From a virus (taxonomy: Duplodnaviria; Caudoviricetes): DNA of 64,000 bases. The first letter of the stretch is position 1. The number at the start of each line of letters is the position of its first letter. The notes under the pieces are model-generated. The model did no database searches and was not told the DNA's origin. It worked only from the letters and a program-made list of their open reading frames with translations. The stretch spans positions 25,208 through 89,207 of the IMG/VR virus record IMGVR_UViG_3300037461_000646; one strand, written 5' to 3'. Shown one piece after another: positions 37,867 to 47,627 of this stretch. The position numbers and the translations under genes are program-made.

Positions 37867-38562
37867 TTATTTCATAACTGCGTACTGACCAAACGTGGTG
37901 ATGGCCAGAGCAGTCTTTGCAGTGGAATCGCAGTTGACCAGCATACCGTCATACAGAACGGCATTGCTAAGAATGATGGGGGCATTCGCGCCTTGAGCGT
38001 TCACACCCGAACCAGTGTCCACACTCTTGGCAAGAATGGCAACCGCCACGGAGTAGTTGTTGCTGGCCCCTGCCTCAACGCAAACATAGGCTTTTCGCGC
38101 AACGGTGAAAGCCGTGCCGCCAATGTTCGCAGTCGAAGTGATAACAGCCATGTGCGGGTACGTGGTGCGGTCAATGGAAGCGATAGCCCCAAGATTCTCA
38201 GCCGCAGTGGTGTTGTCATTGATGGTAATGTCATCACCGACTTTGAATTTGTAGCTATCCTCAATGGTCACGTACAGCAGCTTCGTGGCGTTGGTGCCAG
38301 TTGCAACCAGATAGGCCCTGCCGGGGTGGTTCTCAAGCCCGGTAAAAGCAGTCGGGTTGTAGGGCACGTACTTGCCGACATTGCCAGCAGCAGAGAGGTT
38401 CTTTGCAAGAACGGTTCCTGCGTCAAGCAGTCCATAGCCAGCCTGAAGAGTCACATCAACAACCAACGCAATCTCTGGGCGGCTGTAGTAGATGTTTTTG
38501 TAGTCTTTCTGAACACCCCTGACAATGTGGGGGGTATCACCTTGAGAGTAACGATCTGCCAT
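37867..38562 (-). CDS. Head decoration protein (gpD-like)
   Basis: Between protease and capsid gene; VTLQAGYGLLDAGTVL...GKYVPY...AVAILAKSVD. Confidence 0.75.
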   Translation of the reverse strand: MADRYSQGDTPHIVRGVQKDYKNIYYSRPEIALVVDVTLQAGYGLLDAGTVLAKNLSAAGNVGKYVPYNPTAFTGLENHPGRAYLVATGTNATKLLYVTIEDSYKFKVGDDITINDNTTAAENLGAIASIDRTTYPHMAVITSTANIGGTAFTVARKAYVCVEAGASNNYSVAVAILAKSVDTGSGVNAQGANAPIILSNAVLYDGMLVNCDSTAKTALAITTFGQYAVMK

Positions 38563-38587
38563 GGGTCACTTCACCTCCTTTACTTTA

Positions 38588-39715
38588 TTATTTTTTGGTC
38601 TGACCAACGTGGGCCAGCAGCCGGTCGGTGTGCTTCTGAGCCTCTTCTGTCTTATCGGAGCCGGTCGGCTGCTTGACAGAAGTGCTTTCGCCCAGAACCA
38701 CTTCACCTTTTTTGATGCCCATGTCAATCCAGCTTTTGATTTCGGCATCGACAGCCTCGCCAAAAGACTTGGCATCCAGGGCTTGGTCTTTCACAAACTT
38801 GTTGTAATCGACCATGGCCTGAACCTTGGCATGGATTCTCTCGGGGAGATCACTGGCAGAAAGCTTCTCGGCCCAAACTGCCTCGGCCTCCATCTTCAGC
38901 TCTTTCTCCCGACGAATCTCGTTCTCCTTGCGAAGAGCCTTGTTTTCGTCAGAAAGACGAGCAACCTCTGCCTTCATGACTTTGATCTCCGGGTCAGGCT
39001 CCGGGGCTTTGAACTGGGCCTTGACCTCTTCCACGATTGCCTTGTACAGATCAGCGTGGTCCTTCATGAACTGCTCTTTGTCCATTCGTTTCACCTCCTT
39101 TTTGTTGGTTTGTACCGGCGTGTTACCGGCAATATCAACCTCGGCAAAAGCACAAGGTTCATCTTCAGCAAATGCCGCAGCCGAAGTGTTAGAATCGGCC
39201 CCAAAAACGCAGACCGACATCTCTTTGAACTCAGACTCAAGAAAGACTGCTCCAGGCCCCTTGATCGTGAACCCGTTGCAAATGTGTTCTTGGTCTTCGT
39301 CTAATCTCAAAACCTTTGAGGGCTTTACGTAAATGCTGGCCTGAAAGGGGAAGCCCTTTGAAGACTCATTCAAAAACTTCTGTGTCTCTTCGTTGTCAAG
39401 AAACACAATGTCATCTTCTGGAGCCATAAGCTGATTGTTCTCGATCTTGGGCTTGCCCATGTGAGCCAGTCGAACATCAGTGCGGTGGTCTTGTAGCAAA
39501 GGGTATCGGTCTTTGGTGAACTTCATGCTGGCCAAATCGATGCCCAGATTGCCCCAGTACCAATGGTCTTTGATAATGCCACCAGAGTAGCCCACCATCT
39601 TGAGTTTCGGTTTCTGGGTTTTCGCACCCTCGACTTCGACTTCCTCAAATTGAACGAGAGCTTTACCCCCACCATCAAGGCGAAAGGCACCCTTTGGCAG
39701 ACTTCTTTCTTTCAT
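38588..39715 (-). CDS. Prohead protease fused to coiled-coil scaffold
   Basis: GYSGG, YPLLQDHR, FQASIY, EMSVCVFGAD protease motifs, then charged helical tail; GGAGG RBS before MKERSL. Confidence 0.8.
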   Translation of the reverse strand: MKERSLPKGAFRLDGGGKALVQFEEVEVEGAKTQKPKLKMVGYSGGIIKDHWYWGNLGIDLASMKFTKDRYPLLQDHRTDVRLAHMGKPKIENNQLMAPEDDIVFLDNEETQKFLNESSKGFPFQASIYVKPSKVLRLDEDQEHICNGFTIKGPGAVFLESEFKEMSVCVFGADSNTSAAAFAEDEPCAFAEVDIAGNTPVQTNKKEVKRMDKEQFMKDHADLYKAIVEEVKAQFKAPEPDPEIKVMKAEVARLSDENKALRKENEIRREKELKMEAEAVWAEKLSASDLPERIHAKVQAMVDYNKFVKDQALDAKSFGEAVDAEIKSWIDMGIKKGEVVLGESTSVKQPTGSDKTEEAQKHTDRLLAHVGQTKK

Positions 39716-39734
39716 AGTATCGCCTCCATATTTG

Positions 39735-41357
39735 CTATTCTTCATCAACAGGTTCTTTCTTCTTGCGAACCACCAGTGGCTTCTTCTTGCCGGGTTCGCC
39801 TTCAACTCCTTCTTGCATGGACTCGTTTGCCAACGTATCGACCCCACCCGCATACAGCAGCTTGGGGTATTTCTCATCCTCGGTGGCTTTCTTGAGCCTG
39901 TACCGGCCATACCCACTGAAGCCCAACATGCCAGCCAAGACCGAATGAGGTATACCAAGACTCTCACTCATGGGGCCATGCTTCACCCCCAAGACAGCCC
40001 CCGTGCGCTTCTCGTAATCAAGGGCTTCTGAAATGGGGAACGAAACATCCACTAAGTCTTCAGGCTTGCGTTGAACATTCTTGAATATGGCCTCTTGCTC
40101 ATCATCAAACCCCACCGCCTCTTTGACCTTGAAGGTAGGCTTCATCTTATTAATGGCCGCTTTCAAAAAGAAGATCGACCCCCAGAAGTCATGCAAATAC
40201 CATCGCTTAAAATAGGCAATCTCATCAGAGGTGCGATCCGACATGGGGCCACGAGAAGCCTTGACCGAAGCGTAGGTGCCCTTGGCAGCACCAGACATGA
40301 TGTCCTCCGGTTCGTTCAGCCCACCCGAAACCATGTGCAAAATATCGGTGTCTTGATCTTTAATTGCCGAAAGATTGGGGTTTTTGACTTCACAGGTCAT
40401 GCCGGGGGGCAGCACCAAACGGGAGCCGGGGGTGATCTTTGACCCAATGCCGGTCTTGCGCTTTTCTTCTTCTGAAAGGGTGAGCCATGTTTTGAAGGCT
40501 CTGACATCTTCAAATGAAAAAACCCAAAGGTAAGCACCGCTGGATTTCTTATGATCGATTTCATACTTCTTCAGGTTTTCGTAGTGGTTCAGCCATTCAA
40601 TCGTTGTTCGCAAGTACGACACAGCCCTGCGGGTGATGAAGCCTTTGTCCATACCAATGATGAACCGCCTGAAACCACCCAAAGACTTGAAGGCTCTGCC
40701 TCTGGCTTTTGACGATGACAAGAGCTTTGCAGAATAAGAAGAATCTTTGCTGACTTGTTCGATCAGTTCGGGGTATCGTGCCAAAAAGATGGAAGGCACG
40801 ATCTTCTTTTCAGAACCCACCGTCACATAATACAATAGAGGCATTTGGGGTTTGCCGGGGTGATACAGTATTCCACAACCACTGTCACCGCCCCCCTTGA
40901 TCGTTGCCGGGTCGAAAAAGTCCACCTCAACAAAGCCGTCATCATGTACGGTCAGGCCCAGAAAGAGTTCGCCCTCGATGTTGAACCGGGTAAGATACTT
41001 AGGCCACCAATAATACAAACGGTTACGGGGGTCATTCTCAATTTCTTCGATGGCTTCTTGTATTTCCCAAACTTCAGAAGTGGTTTCAAATCCAAAGCCA
41101 ACCATGCGTCCGACATGACCGCGAATCGCTGTGTTGACGTATGGGTTTTTACCAAATTTATCAAAACAATACTCCTGCAATGTGTAGATGTCTGGCTCTT
41201 CGCCTCTTTTGGTCAACCCCGGTAAACTGGGGAAGCCGTCTTCATCCCTACCTGATTCAACCGTGCTGTCGTACTGCCAAGGCATTGAGAACTTCATTGA
41301 CCTCAACACCTCATCGGGCATGTTTAGAATGTACTCGGTTACTTCGTCAGGCTTCAT
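39735..41357 (-). CDS. Portal protein
   Basis: 540 aa upstream of the protease; EGELFLGL, VLPPGMTCE, NEPEDIMSGAAKGTYAS; start MKPDEV in ATGA overlap. Confidence 0.85.
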   Translation of the reverse strand: MKPDEVTEYILNMPDEVLRSMKFSMPWQYDSTVESGRDEDGFPSLPGLTKRGEEPDIYTLQEYCFDKFGKNPYVNTAIRGHVGRMVGFGFETTSEVWEIQEAIEEIENDPRNRLYYWWPKYLTRFNIEGELFLGLTVHDDGFVEVDFFDPATIKGGGDSGCGILYHPGKPQMPLLYYVTVGSEKKIVPSIFLARYPELIEQVSKDSSYSAKLLSSSKARGRAFKSLGGFRRFIIGMDKGFITRRAVSYLRTTIEWLNHYENLKKYEIDHKKSSGAYLWVFSFEDVRAFKTWLTLSEEEKRKTGIGSKITPGSRLVLPPGMTCEVKNPNLSAIKDQDTDILHMVSGGLNEPEDIMSGAAKGTYASVKASRGPMSDRTSDEIAYFKRWYLHDFWGSIFFLKAAINKMKPTFKVKEAVGFDDEQEAIFKNVQRKPEDLVDVSFPISEALDYEKRTGAVLGVKHGPMSESLGIPHSVLAGMLGFSGYGRYRLKKATEDEKYPKLLYAGGVDTLANESMQEGVEGEPGKKKPLVVRKKKEPVDEE

Positions 41358-41806
41358 CTGATAGCTCCCGCGTACCCTCGCCGCCAACTTGGTAGTACAG
41401 GGCACGATTTCGGCTGAACAAGTAGATTCTTTTGGTTTGACTTTCGGTACCCACTATAGGTGAGGCCCCCAAACAGACTGACCGCTTGGTAGGCAGAGTG
41501 ACGCTTCCAGGCTGCTATTTTATCAATTTCCATACAGATGTTGAACACCTCATCCCAATACGCCTTGGTCTTTACCCCAGTGAAATACCCAAAATCATGT
41601 GGCAGTGGCCCCCAACCAAGATCGTAGGGGCTGATGATTGTCCACAAAAGCCGGGGTACGCTGGCGAAGTCTGTCCAAAAACCAACAGGTATTTCATACT
41701 CTTCGCCATCAACAGAAAAACAGAATACGACAAGAACCATCCACTTCTTCTTTTTGTGGGGTTCTGCAAATCTGACATCTAAATGGGACTTATACTCAAC
41801 TATCAT
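41354..41806 (-). CDS. DUF1353 family protein
   Basis: IPVGFWTDFASVPRLLW...PHDFGY...WDEVF motif. Confidence 0.75.
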   Translation of the reverse strand: MIVEYKSHLDVRFAEPHKKKKWMVLVVFCFSVDGEEYEIPVGFWTDFASVPRLLWTIISPYDLGWGPLPHDFGYFTGVKTKAYWDEVFNICMEIDKIAAWKRHSAYQAVSLFGGLTYSGYRKSNQKNLLVQPKSCPVLPSWRRGYAGAIR

Positions 41807-41826
41807 CTCTGCCCCTTAAAAAAGAA

Positions 41827-41876
41827 ATGGATAGTCGTATTGACTATCCATAGCACGAACTAAAAAACAATGTCAA
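41827..41876 (-). promoter_or_regulatory. Sigma70-like promoter with overlapping 10-5-10 inverted repeat, upstream of portal/capsid operon
   Basis: TTGACA (41876-41871), imperfect -10 (TGCTATGGAT); ATGGATAGTC-N5-GACTATCCAT at 41827-41851. Confidence 0.5.
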
Positions 41877-41887
41877 GCGGTTAGGGG

Positions 41888-43840
41888 CTACCGGGCGGCG
41901 TAATCTCCTAAAACAGCTTTGTTTGACATAAACCAACCAAAGTTTTGATAGCTTCGGCGTATCCTAAAGTGGTCAGAAGTCAAGTTGCGCCCACCGTACA
42001 AGCACCACCCCAAGGCAAACATGGCATCATCTTGTTCACCGTATTTTTCCATCTTTCGGGGGCTGCCAAACCACCGCTTTTGGGGGTCGTGCATAAAAAC
42101 CGAAAGCTCTTCGCTCAGAATGTTATTGCCGGTTGACCCCGGCACACGAATGGTAGGGGATTTAAGCCGACCCTCATCCACAATTTCGTAGAACCCCTTG
42201 AAGCACTCTTTCTGCCGGTCATAGCTGGCAAAGACAGGCTCAAACTGTATGTTTCTCTCTTCACACCAAGCTTGAACATCCCAGTTGCCGAAACGCTCAG
42301 AGCAGTAACTGTCAAGCCCCTCGTACTCGTTGTGGGCGGCATCGAGAAGCTCCTTCACCTTGCCCAAAGAGTGATCTTTGATCAGAAAGAACCCGATAAT
42401 GAAATACATATAGGGGGGGGAGGCTATGTCTTGCAGCCACACATTCGGGTTACTGCGACTACCGGGCAGACCCTTTGCCACAAGGGTCAGAATGGTTCTA
42501 GCCCTGCCGTCTTGAGCGTATGGATCGCCAAAATCAGACCCAGCCATGATTGCCCAATCGGTATCGAGCTTGTCTCCCAATTCATTCAGGCTTTGCAACG
42601 ACAGCATCATACTCATGTTGTCGGCGTGATCAAACAGACGATAGGCATCTTCCATAGGGGTGATTCGGGCAATCAGTTCGTCAATCTTCTGGTTAAGCTC
42701 GATCACAATGGGGGTCTTGTTGCCTTTTGAGGTGTAGGTGGTTAGAGCTTCCATAATCTCGGCCTTTTTTACCAACAAGGCTCTGATCTCTGGGTGGTTC
42801 AACATCTTGCCGTCACAGCCAAAGGCGTATATCTCTTCAATGTGGGGGTCTTTGAATACGCGGACTTGACCGGCCTCCCACAAATTCAAGAAGTACCGTT
42901 CAAACTCACCAAAGGGGAACTTGGCCTTGTAATCATCCAACTGGTCACGGGTCATATAGGGGTGCCAAAAGTCATTGACATCCCCATCTGGCATTCGTGA
43001 GCATCGGTAGCTGAAGAACACTTTCTTGGTCTTGCGCTCGACCAGAGCATTCACATAGAGCTTGTAAAGAACATGGCTCTTGTCAGAAACAGTGGAATCA
43101 ATACAGCCCAGTGCGTTTGGTATGTTACGAATCGAACCGTCAAGCTGTGTGAAAAATCGGGGGTTCTTCATCGCAAAGATTTCTGAAAACGTGTAGCCAG
43201 TGATGTTAGACACGATACCTGTGAACGATGAAATGGGCTTTATGATCGACCTGACATCGCCTTTGCTGTCACGAAGACGAATTTCTTTTTCCTTGATATT
43301 GCTCTTGCCCCCCAAGTCAACCAGAAGCTTCGGGCTATTCAGAACAATGTCGGTGATGATGTCAAAGTGAACGAACTTGACCTGATCTTTACTGTTGGCA
43401 CCCAAGACAATTGTTTGCCGGGGGAAGTTAAAAAACTTCCACAACTGAATCAGGCACACCAGAAGAGACTTAGACTCACCTCGCATCCAACACAAGACGA
43501 TGACGTTGTACAGAAACCTGCCATTTTCCATCTTCAGACATTCACGCACGACTTCTTTTTGCGCTTCCCAAAAATCTTTGGGGCTTCGGCCCGTTTCTTC
43601 GTGCTTGATGTCAGGCAGTTCGCCTATGGGCAAATAAACTGCCATGTCTGAATCAGGGGGGTAAACAGGTATGCAGACTTTGTGCTCACACCAAAGAATA
43701 AAGCCCTCGGCTCCATCTCTGTAACTTCTCACCTTGGGCTTTACTGGGGTGGGGGCTTTGGGCTTTCTAACGACCAGTTGCTTCTTCCCTAATCTCGTCG
43801 CTGAAGACGTAGACGATTTCACCTGAGTCAAGTTTTCCAT
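41888..43840 (-). CDS. terL: Terminase large subunit
   Basis: LCWMRGESKS (Walker A variant), FSEIF, IDSTVS motif III, RNase H-like C-domain (GSDFGDP, DSYCSE, EQDDAMFALGW). Confidence 0.88.
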   Translation of the reverse strand: MENLTQVKSSTSSATRLGKKQLVVRKPKAPTPVKPKVRSYRDGAEGFILWCEHKVCIPVYPPDSDMAVYLPIGELPDIKHEETGRSPKDFWEAQKEVVRECLKMENGRFLYNVIVLCWMRGESKSLLVCLIQLWKFFNFPRQTIVLGANSKDQVKFVHFDIITDIVLNSPKLLVDLGGKSNIKEKEIRLRDSKGDVRSIIKPISSFTGIVSNITGYTFSEIFAMKNPRFFTQLDGSIRNIPNALGCIDSTVSDKSHVLYKLYVNALVERKTKKVFFSYRCSRMPDGDVNDFWHPYMTRDQLDDYKAKFPFGEFERYFLNLWEAGQVRVFKDPHIEEIYAFGCDGKMLNHPEIRALLVKKAEIMEALTTYTSKGNKTPIVIELNQKIDELIARITPMEDAYRLFDHADNMSMMLSLQSLNELGDKLDTDWAIMAGSDFGDPYAQDGRARTILTLVAKGLPGSRSNPNVWLQDIASPPYMYFIIGFFLIKDHSLGKVKELLDAAHNEYEGLDSYCSERFGNWDVQAWCEERNIQFEPVFASYDRQKECFKGFYEIVDEGRLKSPTIRVPGSTGNNILSEELSVFMHDPQKRWFGSPRKMEKYGEQDDAMFALGWCLYGGRNLTSDHFRIRRSYQNFGWFMSNKAVLGDYAAR

Positions 43841-43949
43841 GCCAGCCTGAAAACCCCCTTTTCAAAAGACTTACCAGCTTGCCTTTAAACTTCCCACAAA
43901 AAGGCACAACTTTCAAGTGGGCCTTTCTGATGATCAATCTTTTCTTCAT
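43767..43949 (-). CDS. Small basic hypothetical protein
   Basis: ATGA-coupled; starts MKKRLIIRK. Confidence 0.5.
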   Translation of the reverse strand: MKKRLIIRKAHLKVVPFCGKFKGKLVSLLKRGFSGWHGKLDSGEIVYVFSDEIREEATGR

Positions 43950-44599
43950 CTCAGCTTGCCCCTCAAGGCCAGTATCTTTTTGTTTCGGTCAAACGGCTCA
44001 CCCTGTTCAGGCTCGATCTCACCCAAGCGGTCATAGTAGCTGCGGTTGTCAGGCATCACTTCAGGCTTGCCAGAAGACCCCCAAGGGTTCTTTGGCTCGA
44101 CCACGGCAAACTGACCGACACCCAACATGCGCCACTGTGCTGAAATGGCCTTGATCTGCTCTCTGATTTCTCGGTAGATGGGGTTGAGATGACGCTTGCC
44201 TTTGTCGTCCTCATACATGACTTCACGAACAGACCATTCCCAAACCTTCAGCCGACACAGGTGCCGATACATGGGCAAAATGTGCATACCGACAATGAAG
44301 AACTGATCTTCAGAAAACTTGTCTCTGAAATTGCGATACACCATGGCCGAAACCGTGTTGATGTAGCCTTGCTCCACTTTGCACTTGCCCCCCTTTAGCT
44401 TTTTTTCTTCGTGAGGGCAGTCCTCAAAAATGGGGCACTCTTCTTGTCGGCAGGGGGTGATGACATTCCAAACAGAAAAACGAACAAGCTCTTGACTGCC
44501 CTGCTTTATGCCAAGCCGGTCTGTGCTTTTGAACACAGCGGGTACTTGTATTTTGCCAGAAAAAACATCTTCCTCTTCTTCGTGCTCATCAGACATCAT
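43946..44599 (-). CDS. Putative terminase small subunit
   Basis: Position upstream of terL; HLNPIY...IKAISAQWRMLG resembles P27-family TerS ends; N-terminal Cys cluster. Confidence 0.5.
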   Translation of the reverse strand: MMSDEHEEEEDVFSGKIQVPAVFKSTDRLGIKQGSQELVRFSVWNVITPCRQEECPIFEDCPHEEKKLKGGKCKVEQGYINTVSAMVYRNFRDKFSEDQFFIVGMHILPMYRHLCRLKVWEWSVREVMYEDDKGKRHLNPIYREIREQIKAISAQWRMLGVGQFAVVEPKNPWGSSGKPEVMPDNRSYYDRLGEIEPEQGEPFDRNKKILALRGKLR

Positions 44600-44605
44600 G
44601 ACACC

Positions 44606-45190
44606 TCATGTAATGCAAGATTCAACCAAATCTGCCTCTGCATCTCTTCGCCGCAACAAACCATCCAAACCCTTGCCTACCCAAAGCCGCTTCATGCTGC
44701 GAATCTGATCTGCAATGGTTTGTAAGTCCCCCACCTTTACGGCTTCTCTAATATTACGCATTTCTCGCCGTCTGTCACCTTCCATAGAATCGCCACGATT
44801 GTAAACCAAAGAAACCAGCGCCCCTTGAGCATCGGGGAGCAAACTATCTACCGAAGGGAAGGCCCCTTCGGTCATTTTTATGTACTTCGGCATACTGCTG
44901 TTCACAAAAACCTCATCAGCCGCAAACTTATCTATCCAAATATCAACGAATTTGTAGGCATGACTTCTGGCTGACTCCCCTTTCAAGCCCACCACTGCTT
45001 TTAGCCTGAGCAGTTCGCCGGGGGGTAAATAGCCCCCCCAATCTTTCTCAAACTCAGCTACTGTGGTGTACCCAAGATCATACCCGTGGCCAATCGATAT
45101 GCCAGAACCCCCTCTAGGCCACCTAAAAGGCTGGTCAAGACCCTCAAACGACAAGATAAGCCTCTTGGCTTTCTCTGTCAGAGTGATCAT
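44606..45190 (-). CDS. Endolysin, pesticin C-terminal-like muramidase
   Basis: FEG..QPFRWPRGGSGISIGHGYDLG; QGALVSLVYNRG; GLLRRRDAEADL. Confidence 0.8.
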   Translation of the reverse strand: MITLTEKAKRLILSFEGLDQPFRWPRGGSGISIGHGYDLGYTTVAEFEKDWGGYLPPGELLRLKAVVGLKGESARSHAYKFVDIWIDKFAADEVFVNSSMPKYIKMTEGAFPSVDSLLPDAQGALVSLVYNRGDSMEGDRRREMRNIREAVKVGDLQTIADQIRSMKRLWVGKGLDGLLRRRDAEADLVESCIT

Positions 45191-45372
45191 GATTTGAAGC
45201 CCCCCACGAAGTATTTGGGGTTCTTGCCGTGAACCTGTTTCTTTACCCACTCTTCATTGTTTGAATAACATTCAGCGTGAACATGCCGCCGAAGTATGAT
45301 CTGACCATCTTTTCTGACGTTTATTGGTATCAACGGCTCTGTGTCTTTTTTACAAACGATACAATGTGACAT
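45187..45372 (-). CDS. Small Cys/His protein
   Basis: MSHCIVCKK...HAEC; coupled to the endolysin start. Confidence 0.5.
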   Translation of the reverse strand: MSHCIVCKKDTEPLIPINVRKDGQIILRRHVHAECYSNNEEWVKKQVHGKNPKYFVGGFKS

Positions 45373-45474
45373 GGTTTTTGTCCTCTGTTGAGGGCTTGCC
45401 CCCCTCTTTGGTACACACCGCATTCGCCAAGTTGTGTCCCTGTGTTCTGCACAGAGCTTCGTCTGATTTACGGC

Positions 45475-45765
45475 TCAGACTACCTTTTTGGTAAAAGTTA
45501 GTGTGTGAAGCAAGCCCTCAACAGAAGGCAAAACCAACAAAAAAGACCAAAATTTGCTGGCAAACGACCAAATTTTCTTTGTTTTTTTGCTTAAAACCGC
45601 ATCTAATCTGGACCGAATTTCAGAACAACCATCGTAATAATCACATTCTCGGCAGCATTCTAAACAAATAACGTCTCCAAGACAAGCGTATGGACACGTT
45701 TTAGGCATGTCTACGAGCAAAATCTGACATTCTGACCCACAAACGACACAAAATCGTCTATCCAT
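45475..45765 (-). CDS. Cys-rich hypothetical protein
   Basis: Multiple CxxC pairs; overlaps upstream gene end. Confidence 0.45.
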   Translation of the reverse strand: MDRRFCVVCGSECQILLVDMPKTCPYACLGDVICLECCRECDYYDGCSEIRSRLDAVLSKKTKKIWSFASKFWSFLLVLPSVEGLLHTLTFTKKVV

Positions 45766-46354
45766 CTTTGTTTTTCCAACACAAGTGGTGTCGGCCTCTC
45801 TTTTTCACCATGGTCATACCGGCCCATGGCCCCGGCAGAGTTAGAATTTCCATATATTCAGTAGCATCATCTATATAAAGACCCCCCATTTCATACTGAT
45901 TTGAAATGCCCCCAAACAATTCATTGGCAAACTCCCAAGCATTGTTGCAACGCCTTGGCGACAACAACTCTTCGGTCATGGGGTGAGTGTCGTGCAACAA
46001 AATCAGCCCCGTGCCGGTGCGAACAAACTTGCCGATCTCAAAAAAGTCATGCTCCACTGTTTCTTTGTTGTGATCACCATCAATGAAGAGCATGTCAATC
46101 GGGTCTTTCCACTTCTTGGCAAACTCTTGGCTGCTCATCTGCCAGATTTCAACGCGCCCACCGGGGGTGACTCTTACTGGTCGCACATCTACTGCTACGA
46201 GCCTGTCTATTTGGGGCATTTGCACCATTTGGTTAAACGTGTAGCCCTCGGCCACCCCAACTTCAACATACGTTTTTGGGTGATACAACCTGACCAGTTC
46301 CACCATGAGTGGAACAAATTCGTTTCGCCTGTGCTTTTTGGTATACATGCTCAT
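45758..46354 (-). CDS. Class I SAM methyltransferase (Methyltransf_24-like)
   Basis: YVEVGVAEGYT; IDMLFIDGDH; LILLHDT. Confidence 0.85.
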   Translation of the reverse strand: MSMYTKKHRRNEFVPLMVELVRLYHPKTYVEVGVAEGYTFNQMVQMPQIDRLVAVDVRPVRVTPGGRVEIWQMSSQEFAKKWKDPIDMLFIDGDHNKETVEHDFFEIGKFVRTGTGLILLHDTHPMTEELLSPRRCNNAWEFANELFGGISNQYEMGGLYIDDATEYMEILTLPGPWAGMTMVKKRGRHHLCWKNKDG

Positions 46355-46587
46355 TTCTCCAGACTGCCACCACCGTTGCCGTTGTTACCAAACTTTTCAT
46401 GGTAATAACAAAAGTCAGCAAGTTTGATTACAGGCGAACCACAATAAAAACAATCTTCCCCATCTTCAGACCAGACCGGCAAGCGGCACGTACCATAAGA
46501 AGTACAAGGTTCGGCCTTACGATGTTGATTACAGCCGGGGCACCTACATATTCGGCCCACTCGCATAAGCAATTCGTGAAGGTCCAT
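46351..46587 (-). CDS. Cys-rich hypothetical protein
   Basis: MDLHELL...CRCPGC...CFYCG...CYYH. Confidence 0.5.
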   Translation of the reverse strand: MDLHELLMRVGRICRCPGCNQHRKAEPCTSYGTCRLPVWSEDGEDCFYCGSPVIKLADFCYYHEKFGNNGNGGGSLEK

Positions 46588-46801
46588 CTTTGCCCTCTTT
46601 GCGGGGTTGGATGAAGATGTTCTCGATCTGTGCCGGAGAGATAGAAAGACACAAACCATTTTGCTGAATGCTCTCTGCAATCTGACACGACTCCAACATG
46701 TAATGAGTCTCGGTGTCGGTGCCCTTGGGCGGGTCACTCAGCCGCTTGATCATCTTGACCTTGCTGCCGTTCTTGAACTGCACCGTGAGTTTTAGCTTCA
46801 C
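46544..46801 (-). CDS. Hypothetical protein
   Basis: GGAGG RBS and GTG start. Confidence 0.55.
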   Translation of the reverse strand: MKLKLTVQFKNGSKVKMIKRLSDPPKGTDTETHYMLESCQIAESIQQNGLCLSISPAQIENIFIQPRKEGKDGPSRIAYASGPNM

Positions 46802-46969
46802 TCAGGGCCTCCTTTCGGTTGTTAGAGTAAAGGGTTTAAACAATCCCACATACGCACAAGATAGCCAACAATCACACCTGTACAGAAAGACAAAAACCCA
46901 ACAACCATAAACCCAGCACAAGCCCCTGATGGGTCATTCTCTTCAGGTACTGTCCATCCCTTTCTTCGG

Positions 46970-47362
46970 TCAAGGCAAGATCGTCGCTCTGGCATCAATT
47001 TTCTCCTTGTATATCCCAGTGAGAGTTTTAGATTCGGTCAGGTCGTGTTTCTTGACAATTTCGATTACTTGGTAGGCTGGTATGGTGCCCTTGCCCCTCA
47101 AAGCAAAAAGCTCAACTTCTATAGCAAGATCGGCCAAGAGAAGCTCCTGCTTGATTCGCATTTCGATCATCTTCTTTCGATAGGCTGATTCCGAAGCACG
47201 AAGGTCTTTGCAGGGGTCTTGAGAGGTTTGGGATAGCTGAACTTGGGGGTCTGGGGGGGTTTCGATTCGTAGTTTTGTGTCACGCAACTGGTACACAAGA
47301 AAGGCGAGAACAAACAATAAAAGCAGCCAAGGTACTCGGCTACTGCTGCGATACTGGGCCAT
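46970..47362 (-). CDS. N-terminally membrane-anchored protein (possible lysis accessory)
   Basis: VPWLLLLFVLAFLVYQL hydrophobic segment, then coiled-coil-like region. Confidence 0.55.
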   Translation of the reverse strand: MAQYRSSSRVPWLLLLFVLAFLVYQLRDTKLRIETPPDPQVQLSQTSQDPCKDLRASESAYRKKMIEMRIKQELLLADLAIEVELFALRGKGTIPAYQVIEIVKKHDLTESKTLTGIYKEKIDARATILP

Positions 47363-47404
47363 GCTGCCCCCTATCGGTTAGAGGTTATTGCCAGTGATGA
47401 TTAT

Positions 47405-47433
47405 TTAATAAGAGCTAATAGTTTATTTGTCAA
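47405..47433 (-). promoter_or_regulatory. Sigma70-like promoter
   Basis: TTGACA-N17-TATTAA in an AT-rich gap upstream of 47362. Confidence 0.55.
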
Positions 47434-47447
47434 CACATTTTTTTCAA

Positions 47448-47627
47448 TTATTTTTGGTCACTTCGTTCAGGCATCGAGTATGGAGCAACTTGGTCTAAAC
47501 TGCTTGGCTTAGACCAAGGGGGCTTCTCTTTCAGGGTGTGTTGCATGTCCCACCCCAAGATGAACAGGTACCCCATAAAAACACCAAGGCTGGTGAGAAG
47601 CAGCCATGTACTGATACATTTAATCAT
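47448..47627 (-). CDS. Small membrane protein
   Basis: MIKCISTWLLLTSLGVFMGYLFILGW. Confidence 0.45.
   Translation of the reverse strand: MIKCISTWLLLTSLGVFMGYLFILGWDMQHTLKEKPPWSKPSSLDQVAPYSMPERSDQK

Noticed and set aside
36330-37877. 515-aa plus-strand ORF
   Set aside because: Antisense to the major capsid gene, with no RBS or recognisable motif
8726-45250. Longer N-terminal extensions in the ORF track (11227, 13260, 19713, 32267, 33674, 39967, 41405, 45250)
   Set aside because: They overlap upstream genes; downstream starts have RBSs, ATGA-type coupling or begin with signal peptides
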